From assembly GCA_964525415.1 (NCBI GenBank), contig CAZGGZ010000001.1, forward strand, positions 6,284 through 70,283: DNA of 64,000 nucleotides, in the 5' to 3' direction. Numbering within the stretch: the first letter of the stretch is position 1; every line of letters begins with the position of its first letter. The notes under the pieces are model-generated. The model did not search any database. It was not told the DNA's origin and worked only from the letters and a program-made list of their open reading frames with translations. Below are positions 48,474 through 57,006 of this stretch, piece by piece. A program made the translations under genes and the position numbers. The stretch comes from an uncultured Rikenellaceae bacterium (GTDB taxonomy: Bacteria > Bacteroidota > Bacteroidia > Bacteroidales > VadinHA17).

Positions 48474-51267
48474 ACAGCTTTTTCAGCTCTTCGATCCTGA
48501 CAGGCTTGGCAATGAACTCTTTAATGCCCGACAATTCGGCTTTTCTTTTGGTATCAGGCATATTGTCGGCTGTAAATGCGACGATCAGGATTGATTTTTC
48601 GCTGGCAAGTATTTTCCTTGCAGTATCATATCCGCTCATTTCGGGCAGAATAAGATCCATGAAGATGAGGTCGTAATGTTTTTCTTTTGCTTTATTGAAC
48701 CCTGCATTCCCGTCGTCAGCCATATCACAGGAATGCCCCAGGATCTTAAGCATTGTACTGATCACCTTCTGATTCATTTTATTATCCTCGACAACCAGTA
48801 TTTTCAGATCACTCTTTATATCACTTATATCGAAAGATTCAGGACCTGCTTCGATATAAGGAAAGCTGTCCTGGATCATTGCAGCCAGTTCGCTCGCATT
48901 ATATGGTTTTACAAGGTAATGATCAACCCCCATAGTGATGCATTTCATGTAATTTCCTTTCAGGTCATTTGAAGTGATCATCATAAGTACAATATTTCCT
49001 GAGAGATTGTTTTCCCATATTGCCCTTGCAGCATTGAATCCGTTAAACTCTTCATCATCAAGTATTACAACCAGACTGAATTTGTCTTCTGATGAATTCA
49101 GATTTGCCTTTATCTGGTTTACAGTCAGTTTCTGGAAAGTTGTTACACTGACATTGAGACCTATCTTATGGAGTGATCCGAGGATCTCCTCGTCCCTGTT
49201 CTGGGTGCCGGAAATGATAAGTGTCCTTATCTTATTGAAAGACTTTATGTTTTCCTGGTTAAGGTTTTTTACAATACGGTCGTTTGAATATGCCGTTATT
49301 GTAAATTTTATTTTTGTGCCTTTGTCTCCCTGGATTCCTGAAGGACTTTCGGCTGTCAGCTCACCACCCATCATTTCTACAAGCTGTCGGGCAAGAATGG
49401 TCCCGAATCCTGATTCGTCACTGCTTTTAATTGCTTTTGATTCGATGTTAATAAAATCACCAAAGATCTTTTTAAGGGATGCTTTATCGAAATTCAGCCC
49501 GGTATCTGACAGTTCAAATCCCAGGGTTACAATTCCGCTTTTGTTGCTTTGCTGTCTGCAGTTCAGGCGGATCTCTCCCCTGTCGGTATTCCTGGCAGAA
49601 TGATAAATGAGGTTGGTAAGAACCTGACGCAGCCTGAAGGGATCGGCTACAATGCTTTCCGGAATGTTAGTATCGACATCATATGAAAAACTGACATCCT
49701 TATCGGTGATATATGTCTTTGCCAGATCGGCACAATAGCTGACTTCTTCCCTCAGATCAAACGGGACTTCATCGAGGATCATCCTGCCTGTCTCAATCTT
49801 CGAAAAATCAAGTATATCATTAATGATATTCAGGAGAACTTCGGTTGACCTCCGAAGGATTAGTACAATTTCCCTGACCTCAGTGTTCAGTTCATATTTG
49901 CTGATCACATCGGTCATACCTATAATGCCATTCAGTGGTGTTCTGATCTCATAACTCATTCTTGCAAGGAACTCTGATTTGGCAACATTGGCTTTGGCTT
50001 CCTGTTTTCTGGCCGACTCAAGCATGGTTACATCAATAAGAATCTCCATATCGGCCTCTTCTCCCATAAAAACAACCGGTATGCTATTCCTGTAAAGGAC
50101 TATTTCGCCAACTTCTTTCTTGATTATTACAAACTGGTCGGGATTGAACGAGCCTCCAAGGTTTTTTGCAAAATAATCGCTGACATCAGTAACAGATGTT
50201 TCAGGAAAGATCTTCCCCTTCATGTCTTCTTCTCCCGAATAGGAATACTGAGTTGCAGCAACCTTGTTTGCCTTGATTATCTCCCTGTCTTTATTGTGAA
50301 TAATGACTCCCACAGGCATTTCCTCTATCAGCCTGAAGAGCATTTTTTCAGATTCTCCAAGCCGTTTTGTTTCCGATTTCTGTGAATTCAGCTTTCTCCA
50401 GAAAATAAAGATGATGACCTGTATCAGGAAAAGAGTGCCCAGAACAATAAATACAGAGTTCCTGATTATGTATTTCTGGAAGAACTCTGTTGGTGCCGAA
50501 AACACTATTCCCAGGTCTCTCCCCAGAAGCTGGGTTGAATAATATGAAGATATGATCTCTTTCGGTTTGCTTCCGTCAATTACCGCACTGTGGACAATGT
50601 TTTCGATGGAGCCCTCTATAAGTGCAGTTGTGATTGTTTTGAGCTGAGAGTATGAAATCTTTTTGCCCGCGTTATCATAAACTATTTCTCCTGAATCACT
50701 TACAACCCACTGCCACTGGTAATCCTTCAGGTTGAATACAGAGAATATTTCATTGAAATATTTCTGATAATCTACAGAGACTGCAATATTGCCGACAACA
50801 TTATTATTTTCAAATACAGGCAGGAAATATTCATATTTTTTGTCTTCAAAAACCATTTGGTCAAACTTAAAGATATCTCCCTGAACATGCAGGATAAACT
50901 TTTGGTCAAGCCATATCGTATTATCCTTTTTTAGAGTATACTCATTCCTGTTATTATCAAACAATTTGATGCCGGTAATGAAATTGCCATATTTCGTATA
51001 GAATAATTTCATTTTGTCAATTGCCCGATCCTGGTTATCCTGATTTTTGAAGAATTTGGCAAGATCCTCTGAATAGCTTATTTCATTAAAATCGCTTACG
51101 AAATAGTTGTTTGTGCTGTCAACAGAAAGTCCTATTATCTGGACCTGGCGGTCGAGCAACGCAACAATATATTGTATTTGTTTATTATACAGGTTTTTGT
51201 AATACAGGTAATTAGCAAACATTATCAGAATGAATGCTGAATAGACCATTATTAATAACTTCTTCAT
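48448..51267 (-). CDS. Hybrid sensor kinase-like protein with degenerate kinase core (H-box Tyr), pseudo-receiver and intact C-terminal receiver
   Basis: 939 aa. The order is TM, Cache-like periplasmic domain, TM, PAS, then a DHp domain with SEFLARMSYEIRTPLNG (Tyr codon TAT at 49951..49953 where His is expected). The N-box reads NLIYHSARNT and G1 reads DTGLNF. The final receiver is intact (VVEDN, LIFMDLILP, FTAD, IAKP). Confidence 0.88.
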   Translation of the reverse strand: MKKLLIMVYSAFILIMFANYLYYKNLYNKQIQYIVALLDRQVQIIGLSVDSTNNYFVSDFNEISYSEDLAKFFKNQDNQDRAIDKMKLFYTKYGNFITGIKLFDNNRNEYTLKKDNTIWLDQKFILHVQGDIFKFDQMVFEDKKYEYFLPVFENNNVVGNIAVSVDYQKYFNEIFSVFNLKDYQWQWVVSDSGEIVYDNAGKKISYSQLKTITTALIEGSIENIVHSAVIDGSKPKEIISSYYSTQLLGRDLGIVFSAPTEFFQKYIIRNSVFIVLGTLFLIQVIIFIFWRKLNSQKSETKRLGESEKMLFRLIEEMPVGVIIHNKDREIIKANKVAATQYSYSGEEDMKGKIFPETSVTDVSDYFAKNLGGSFNPDQFVIIKKEVGEIVLYRNSIPVVFMGEEADMEILIDVTMLESARKQEAKANVAKSEFLARMSYEIRTPLNGIIGMTDVISKYELNTEVREIVLILRRSTEVLLNIINDILDFSKIETGRMILDEVPFDLREEVSYCADLAKTYITDKDVSFSYDVDTNIPESIVADPFRLRQVLTNLIYHSARNTDRGEIRLNCRQQSNKSGIVTLGFELSDTGLNFDKASLKKIFGDFINIESKAIKSSDESGFGTILARQLVEMMGGELTAESPSGIQGDKGTKIKFTITAYSNDRIVKNLNQENIKSFNKIRTLIISGTQNRDEEILGSLHKIGLNVSVTTFQKLTVNQIKANLNSSEDKFSLVVILDDEEFNGFNAARAIWENNLSGNIVLMMITSNDLKGNYMKCITMGVDHYLVKPYNASELAAMIQDSFPYIEAGPESFDISDIKSDLKILVVEDNKMNQKVISTMLKILGHSCDMADDGNAGFNKAKEKHYDLIFMDLILPEMSGYDTARKILASEKSILIVAFTADNMPDTKRKAELSGIKEFIAKPVRIEELKKLFAKHFKKN

Positions 51268-51319
51268 CCGATGAACAACTAGATGCAGGTCAGTATAAAG
51301 ATAACAAAAAAATGATAAA

Positions 51320-52246
51320 TCACCGGTATTTCCGGTTTTCGTCCTCCAGGATGTTTATATAGCTTCTGTAGCGGAGCGGATCAATTATTCCTTCTTCAAC
51401 AGCATTTCTTACCGCACACCCGGGTTCGTCAAGATGCAGGCAGTTGTAGAAACGGCATTTTTCCGATATCCTGAAAATCTCCGGGAAAAAATGATATATT
51501 TCGTTCCTGTCCATGTCGACAACTCCGAAGCCCCTTATGCCCGGGGAATCTATAACAAAACCTCCGAAGGTCATCCTGTGCATTTCAGGGAAAGTTGTCA
51601 CATGCTTGCCCTGCCTGTGATACTCTGATACACTCTCTGTTTTAAGATTCAATGAAGGATTAAGCAGGTTGAGAAGGGAGCTTTTTCCAACGCCGGAATT
51701 TCCTGCAAGCAGACTTACCTTGTCCTTCATTTTCTCGCGTACAGATTCAATCCCGGTATTATTTACGACTGACAACCCGAAACACTCGTACCCTATTTGT
51801 TCATAAAGGGAAATATAGTATTCCATCTTCTCTCTTTCCTCATCCCCGTAAATATCGGTTTTGTTTATTAAAATGCCTGCAGGGATCCTGTAAGCTTCCG
51901 CAGTAATAAGAAACCTGTCAATGAACTCAGCCGGTGTTTCTGGAAATATAATGGAGATCATCAGAAATGCCTGGTCAATATTTGCTGCAATTATCTGATA
52001 TTCCTTTGAAAGGTTTGATGATTTTCTGAGGATATAATTCCTGCGTTGAAGGACTTCCGTTATTATTCCTGAATTGCTGTTCTGTTCAAATTCAAACAGG
52101 ATATTGTCACCGACAGCCACAGGATTTGTCGTCCTGATCCCTTTGACCCTGAATTTGCCTTTTATATTACAATCAATTACCTCCCCGTCATGATACAGGA
52201 TCCTGTACCTGCTGCCAGTGGATTTTATGACTAAACCTTTTTCCAA
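51320..52246 (-). CDS. rsgA: Ribosome small-subunit-dependent GTPase A
   Basis: 308 aa, circularly permuted GTPase with NKTD, then GNSGVGKSSLLN, and the C-terminal zinc motif CRFYNCLHLDEPGCAV. Confidence 0.93.
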   Translation of the reverse strand: MEKGLVIKSTGSRYRILYHDGEVIDCNIKGKFRVKGIRTTNPVAVGDNILFEFEQNSNSGIITEVLQRRNYILRKSSNLSKEYQIIAANIDQAFLMISIIFPETPAEFIDRFLITAEAYRIPAGILINKTDIYGDEEREKMEYYISLYEQIGYECFGLSVVNNTGIESVREKMKDKVSLLAGNSGVGKSSLLNLLNPSLNLKTESVSEYHRQGKHVTTFPEMHRMTFGGFVIDSPGIRGFGVVDMDRNEIYHFFPEIFRISEKCRFYNCLHLDEPGCAVRNAVEEGIIDPLRYRSYINILEDENRKYR

Positions 52247-52247
52247 A

Positions 52248-53477
52248 TCAGTTGTCCGAAGCCATCAGCAGGAATGGCTTCATTTCGAAGCTGTGATAAT
52301 AGGGCCTCAGCCTTTCAGTATTATAGTCCGAAATCTTGACAACTTTTTTGGATGCAGTTATGACATCAATAGGGACATTGTCATAACGTCCGTTCTTCAG
52401 GACTACAATTCTTCCGTGCACACCTTTCAGAATAAGGTCAAGGGCCAGATTGCCGTAAGCCATCGGGACTATAGAATCCAGGGCATCAGGATCTCCGCCA
52501 CGAACCAGATAACCGAGCTTCTGATTGATAATATTGATAGTTTTCCCTCCGTTGTATTTTCCAGACAACTCTTTGATTTTCTGGGAAACAACATCTCCTA
52601 TACCTCCCAGTTTTGCGTGTCCGTATGCATCCCTTTCACTGTCGGAGAAAATCATTTCTCCTCCTTTGAACATTGCTCCCTCAGAAACCAGCACAATGGA
52701 GTATTTGCTTGGGTTATGATTCCTGTCCTCGACAAGGAGTTTTGTAAGAAGGTCTATATCAAATTTATATTCAGGTATAACACATCTGTTTGCCGATCCT
52801 GCCATTGTCGGAAGCATTGCAGTGAATCCTGCATACCTGCCGAACACTTCCAGAACCATAATTCTCTCATGAGATCCTGCAGATGTCCTTAATGTATTTG
52901 TCATCTGGATTGTCCTTGACACACAAGTGCTGAAGCCGATGCAATAGTCTGTTCCGGGAACGTCGTTGTCCATTGTTTTCGGTATAGCAACAACATTCAC
53001 TCCCTTCTTATAGAGATGAACTCCATAGCTGAGTGTATCATCGCCCCCTATCGGGATCAGATAGTCAACATTCAGCCATTGCAGGTTTTTTATAATTTCC
53101 GGGGTAAGGTCATTCATTTCTGCATTGTAGGTTCCCTGCAGATGTTCGGGAACGCTTGATTTTGACATATGGCTTGGTCTTGTCCTTGAAGTATGCAAAA
53201 AAGTACCGCCGGTCCTCCCGGCCTTGTTTACTATATCATCGGTAAGCGGAATGAAATTGTTACTGTTATCAAACTTTTGGTCCCTGATAAGTTCAGTTAT
53301 ACCAGCCCATCCTCTTCTGAGGCCTATCACCTTGTAACCTTCCCTGTTTGCACGGATAGTCACCGCACGGATCGCAGGGTTAAGCCCCGGCACATCACCT
53401 CCCCCGGTCAGAATAGCAATTATCCCCTTTGTTTTCTTAACGTTTGCCATTATATTCTCTTTTTTAATTGTTGCCAT
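52248..53477 (-). CDS. pfp: Phosphofructokinase with PPi-dependent signature residues
   Basis: ILTGGGDVPGLNPAIR. IGGDDTLS has Asp where ATP-PFKs have Gly, and PKTMDNDV has Lys where ATP-PFKs have Gly. I chose ATG 53477 (MATIKKENI...) because the track N-terminal extension looks non-coding; ATG 53450 is also possible. Confidence 0.85.
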   Translation of the reverse strand: MATIKKENIMANVKKTKGIIAILTGGGDVPGLNPAIRAVTIRANREGYKVIGLRRGWAGITELIRDQKFDNSNNFIPLTDDIVNKAGRTGGTFLHTSRTRPSHMSKSSVPEHLQGTYNAEMNDLTPEIIKNLQWLNVDYLIPIGGDDTLSYGVHLYKKGVNVVAIPKTMDNDVPGTDYCIGFSTCVSRTIQMTNTLRTSAGSHERIMVLEVFGRYAGFTAMLPTMAGSANRCVIPEYKFDIDLLTKLLVEDRNHNPSKYSIVLVSEGAMFKGGEMIFSDSERDAYGHAKLGGIGDVVSQKIKELSGKYNGGKTINIINQKLGYLVRGGDPDALDSIVPMAYGNLALDLILKGVHGRIVVLKNGRYDNVPIDVITASKKVVKISDYNTERLRPYYHSFEMKPFLLMASDN

Positions 53478-53589
53478 ATTCTTTTTCTTAAGACCGCTAA
53501 AGTATAACATTTTGATTTTATTACAAAAACCCTGAATAACAGCAATAGACAAGTTTTGATTAATTTGCATCCCGGAAAAACCCATTACA

Positions 53590-54047
53590 ATGAACCGTAC
53601 TGAAAAAGTACTGATAACCGGCGGAAGCGGTATGACAGGCAGGTATCTTACTTCCTGGCTGATACATGCAGAACCTGGGAGGAGGCTGCGTGCCGCTTTG
53701 CCGGATCAGGAATACGTACGGTAAGGATACGGACAGCCGTGGTGTTTGAAAAGGATTCAGATATCAATGGATCCATATCAAAGATCTTTGTAACATTTAC
53801 CTGAAAGCCCTGAAAGATGATAAAATGCAGGGGCCGTATAATGCGGCATCCCCCGCATATGTAACACAGCTTGATGTGGTCAGGGGACTGGCAAAGGCTA
53901 TGAATAAAAAGGGAATCCGTTTCCCGGTACCCTCGCTGATGCTGAGAGTTGTGCTGGGAGAGATGGCTAATATGATCCTGTTTGGAAGCAGGTTATCAGT
54001 TTGAATTTGATAACCTGCAGAAAGCATTAAATGATATTATAGGGTAA
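53590..54047 (+). pseudogene. Decayed SDR epimerase-family gene (TIGR01777/YfcH-like with DUF1731 tail)
   Basis: The N-terminal Rossmann piece MNRTEKVLITGGSGMTGRYLTSWL stops at 53722. Later pieces sit in other frames: IRTAVVFEK, then WIHIKDLCNIYLKALKDDKMQGPYNAASPAYVTQLDVVRGLAKAMNKKGIRFPVPSLMLRVVLGEMANMILFGSR, then GYQFEFDNLQKALNDIIG. That is at least 3 frame changes and roughly half the expected length. Confidence 0.7.
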
Positions 54048-54056
54048 TGATTCCTT

Positions 54057-55391
54057 TTATTTACCGCCTATCTGCATTTCGGCTACCCTGAATGTTGGAG
54101 CGGTATTGGTCCTGTTCATATCGAGGTCGTTGCCCATCATGTCAATTGCATTAAGAATATCTAAGGCCCTTCCTGCGACCGTCACTCCTTTCACAGGATG
54201 GATGATTTCACCGTTTTCGATCCAGAGTCCGCTGGCTCCTCCGCTGAAGTTGCCGCTTACAGCATCAATTCCATAACCCGTAACTTCAAGAAGAAGAAGT
54301 CCTTTTCCTGTTGCTGCGATTATTTCATTTCTTGTATGCTCTCCGGTTGAAACATAAACATTATGTGTGCCTATTCCCGGAAGAGAGCTGAATCCTCCTC
54401 TTGAAGCATTGCCTGTGCTCTTTACTCCTGCCCGCTTAGCGGCTTTCGTATTGTAAATGAAGCTTTTAAGAACACCGTTTTCAACAAGGATGTTTTTGGA
54501 GGTAGGAACTCCTTCTCCGTCAAAGGGTGAGCTTCCGAGGCTCTTCTGTCTTGTTCCGTCATCAGTTACTGTCAGAAGCGCTGACGCAAACTGCCTGTTA
54601 AGATAATCTTTCAGGAAGCTTGCACCCTGCAGGACTCGCTCTCCGTTGACTGCAGTAATAACGCCGCCCAGCAGTGCTCGTGCAACATCCGGATCAAAAA
54701 TAACGGCAGCTTTCTGTGTTTTTATCATTACAGGGTCGAGCAGTTCAATTGCTTTCTTTGAAGCAACGGCTGCGATTTCCTCCAGGGGTAACAATTCGGA
54801 AAAGAAAACACGTGAACAGTACTCTCCCCCGGTGTTTTTCTGGTCTCCCTTTTCAGCAACTACAGAAACACCCATGAAACAACCTGATGACTTACAGGAT
54901 TTTACTATCCCGTTCGAGTTTCCGATAAAGATCTCCGATTCACTTTCTCCATAACCAGCTCCCGCGCTTTTTGTGATCCTTGGATCCTTCATGGCAAGCG
55001 TTTCAAGCTCAAGTGCCATTTTGATCTTTTTGTCCATTGGCTCAGCAGCAATCCCCGGATCGAACAGGTCTGCAACCGGGGTGACTCCTTTATCATCCGG
55101 CAGAACATTGTTTTCATCAGGTGTTGACAGCTTTGCAAATGCAATCGCTCTCGATATAGTATCTTCAAGCGCCCTGCTGCTGAAATCATTGCAGTGGCTG
55201 AATCCCAGTTTCCCTTCTACAAAAACCCTGAAGCCGACTCCCTGAGAAGCAGCTTCCTCAATGGTTTCAATTTCCGATTTAAGAATATTGATTGACAGGC
55301 TTCTGTTTGTCTCCAGAAATACTTCTGCAGCATCAGCTCCCATGCTTAAGCATTTCTTGACAAGCTTTTCAGTTAAATCCATATTATTCAT
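54057..55391 (-). CDS. pmbA: TldE/PmbA-family metalloprotease subunit (no signal peptide)
   Basis: 444 aa, PmbA_TldD family. The N-terminus MNNMDLTEKLVKKCLSMGADAAEVF has no hydrophobic leader. Confidence 0.9.
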   Translation of the reverse strand: MNNMDLTEKLVKKCLSMGADAAEVFLETNRSLSINILKSEIETIEEAASQGVGFRVFVEGKLGFSHCNDFSSRALEDTISRAIAFAKLSTPDENNVLPDDKGVTPVADLFDPGIAAEPMDKKIKMALELETLAMKDPRITKSAGAGYGESESEIFIGNSNGIVKSCKSSGCFMGVSVVAEKGDQKNTGGEYCSRVFFSELLPLEEIAAVASKKAIELLDPVMIKTQKAAVIFDPDVARALLGGVITAVNGERVLQGASFLKDYLNRQFASALLTVTDDGTRQKSLGSSPFDGEGVPTSKNILVENGVLKSFIYNTKAAKRAGVKSTGNASRGGFSSLPGIGTHNVYVSTGEHTRNEIIAATGKGLLLLEVTGYGIDAVSGNFSGGASGLWIENGEIIHPVKGVTVAGRALDILNAIDMMGNDLDMNRTNTAPTFRVAEMQIGGK

Positions 55392-55414
55392 GATGATTCC
55401 GGTTAACGTTAAAA

Positions 55415-56971
55415 TTATGCTTTGCTTCCTCCTACATTTATCCCTCTTATTCTAACAGTCGGCTGACCGGCTGTTACTTCTGCTGATTGCCCCTTCCCGC
55501 ATATGCCCGGACCGAATTCAAGGTCATTGCCAACAGCATCAATATTAGAGATCACATCCATGCAGGAACCTATAAGGGTTGCTCCCTTTATAGGCTTTGT
55601 CTTCTTTCCGTTCTCAATGAGATATGATTCCCTGCATGTGAAATTGAATACCCCTGTAATCGGATTTACACTTCCTCCGCTGAGGCTTTGCACATATATC
55701 CCTTTCCTGGTTGAGGCAAGAATATCCCCGGGATCATCCTTCCCGGTTTCAATGAAAGTATTTGTCATCCTCGGTATCGGAATGTATCTGAATGATTCGC
55801 GTCTTCCGTTACCTGTTCTGGTCATGCCAAGCTGTCCTGCACTGAGAATGTCGGTCATGAATCCCTTCAATACACCATTCTCTATCAGTACATTTCGCCT
55901 GGCTTCTGTGCCTTCATCGTCAAAGTTAATGGTGCCCCTGAAATTTGGCAGAGTTCCGTCATCTATCATTGTAAAACAGTCGCTTGCCACTTTCTGTCCC
56001 ATCTTCCCGGTAAATGCCCCGATGCCTTTTGCAATGTTATCTGCCTCAAGAGGATGTCCCACAGCTTCATGTACCAGGACACCTCCCCAGCCATTCTGCA
56101 TCACGACATCCATAATGCCTGCAGGTGCATCTTCTGCTGCCAGCATTGCTATGGCTTCCCGTGCCGCATTCCTGGCAACAGTTTCAGGAGTTACATTTTC
56201 AAACATCTCAAATCCTGAATGGTTGCTGAGCCTTTCACGGGCCATGTGTCTTGCCTTGCCGTCATCGCTCATTGCCTGGACAATAAAGAACAAAAGAGGC
56301 AGTTCGCTTTTAAGATATACTCCTTCGCTGTTGGCTATGATCCTGCTTCTGACTTCATCGTAATAGTCGATCATAACCATTTTAATCCTGGGATCATAGT
56401 CTTTTGCAGCCTGATCTGCCCTTTTTATTATCTCAATCCTTTTTTCATCAGCTATCTCCCCGAGAGGCATTTGTACCGTAACAAATGATGGTCTTGCTGT
56501 TTCACTGATATTGACAGGGGTGACAGTATTACTGTTCAATGCAACATACGATGCCACCTCAGCAGCCCTCATAAGTTTTTCTTCTGCTATCTCATCGGTA
56601 TACGCATATCCGGTTTTGTTGCCTGAGATAACCCTTACACCTGCTCCCTGGCTGATCCCGTAGAGTCCGCTCTTGAATTTCGACTCTTCCATAACGATCT
56701 GCCTTGAGATCCGGTTTTCAAGATATACGTCTGCAAAACCGCCTCCCTTTTCAAGGGCTTTTGCAATTACCCTGGCAAGCATCTCCTTGTCCGTTTCCTG
56801 AAAGGATGAGCCTGCGGTTCCTTTCTGGCATGATACAAGCTGGGTAAGCAGGGCTGGCGTGGCAGCAATCAGTAAGCCGCCCTTCATGCTCAGCTCAAGG
56901 AACTTTCTCCGCGGAATGTCCCTTACACTGTATTTTTCGATTTTCATGCTTTTGATTTTTTGACTGTTCAA
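55415..56971 (-). CDS. tldD: TldD-family metalloprotease with twin-arginine (Tat) signal and lipobox-like Cys
   Basis: 518 aa. The Tat motif PRRKFLEL (RRKFL at 56897..56911) is followed by a hydrophobic region ending LVSC. The catalytic motif is LVHEAVGHPLEAD. Confidence 0.92.
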   Translation of the reverse strand: MNSQKIKSMKIEKYSVRDIPRRKFLELSMKGGLLIAATPALLTQLVSCQKGTAGSSFQETDKEMLARVIAKALEKGGGFADVYLENRISRQIVMEESKFKSGLYGISQGAGVRVISGNKTGYAYTDEIAEEKLMRAAEVASYVALNSNTVTPVNISETARPSFVTVQMPLGEIADEKRIEIIKRADQAAKDYDPRIKMVMIDYYDEVRSRIIANSEGVYLKSELPLLFFIVQAMSDDGKARHMARERLSNHSGFEMFENVTPETVARNAAREAIAMLAAEDAPAGIMDVVMQNGWGGVLVHEAVGHPLEADNIAKGIGAFTGKMGQKVASDCFTMIDDGTLPNFRGTINFDDEGTEARRNVLIENGVLKGFMTDILSAGQLGMTRTGNGRRESFRYIPIPRMTNTFIETGKDDPGDILASTRKGIYVQSLSGGSVNPITGVFNFTCRESYLIENGKKTKPIKGATLIGSCMDVISNIDAVGNDLEFGPGICGKGQSAEVTAGQPTVRIRGINVGGSKA

Positions 56972-57006
56972 ATAAGTTCCTAAAAATATAAATTATTCCT
57001 GAACCT

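Noticed and set aside
48974-49603. 209-aa plus-strand ORF antisense to the hybrid kinase gene, and similar long antisense ORFs at 17608..18255, 52218..52892, 19523..19999 and 43503..43979
   Set aside because: Each sits opposite a CDS with clear family motifs (kinase, atpG, pfp, atpA, asmA-like). None has a promoter motif, signal or domain signature. I cannot exclude expression without data, but nothing in the sequence supports them.
53797-54027. 76-aa minus-strand track ORF inside the epimerase remnant
   Set aside because: The plus strand carries recognisable, though frameshifted, epimerase-family sequence. The minus ORF has no motifs and is best seen as a shadow of the pseudogene.
55503-56363. 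286-aa plus-strand ORF antisense to tldD
   Set aside because: The opposite strand encodes TldD with an intact HExxxH and Tat signal. The antisense product is P/S/F-rich with no recognisable domain, so it is a shadow ORF.
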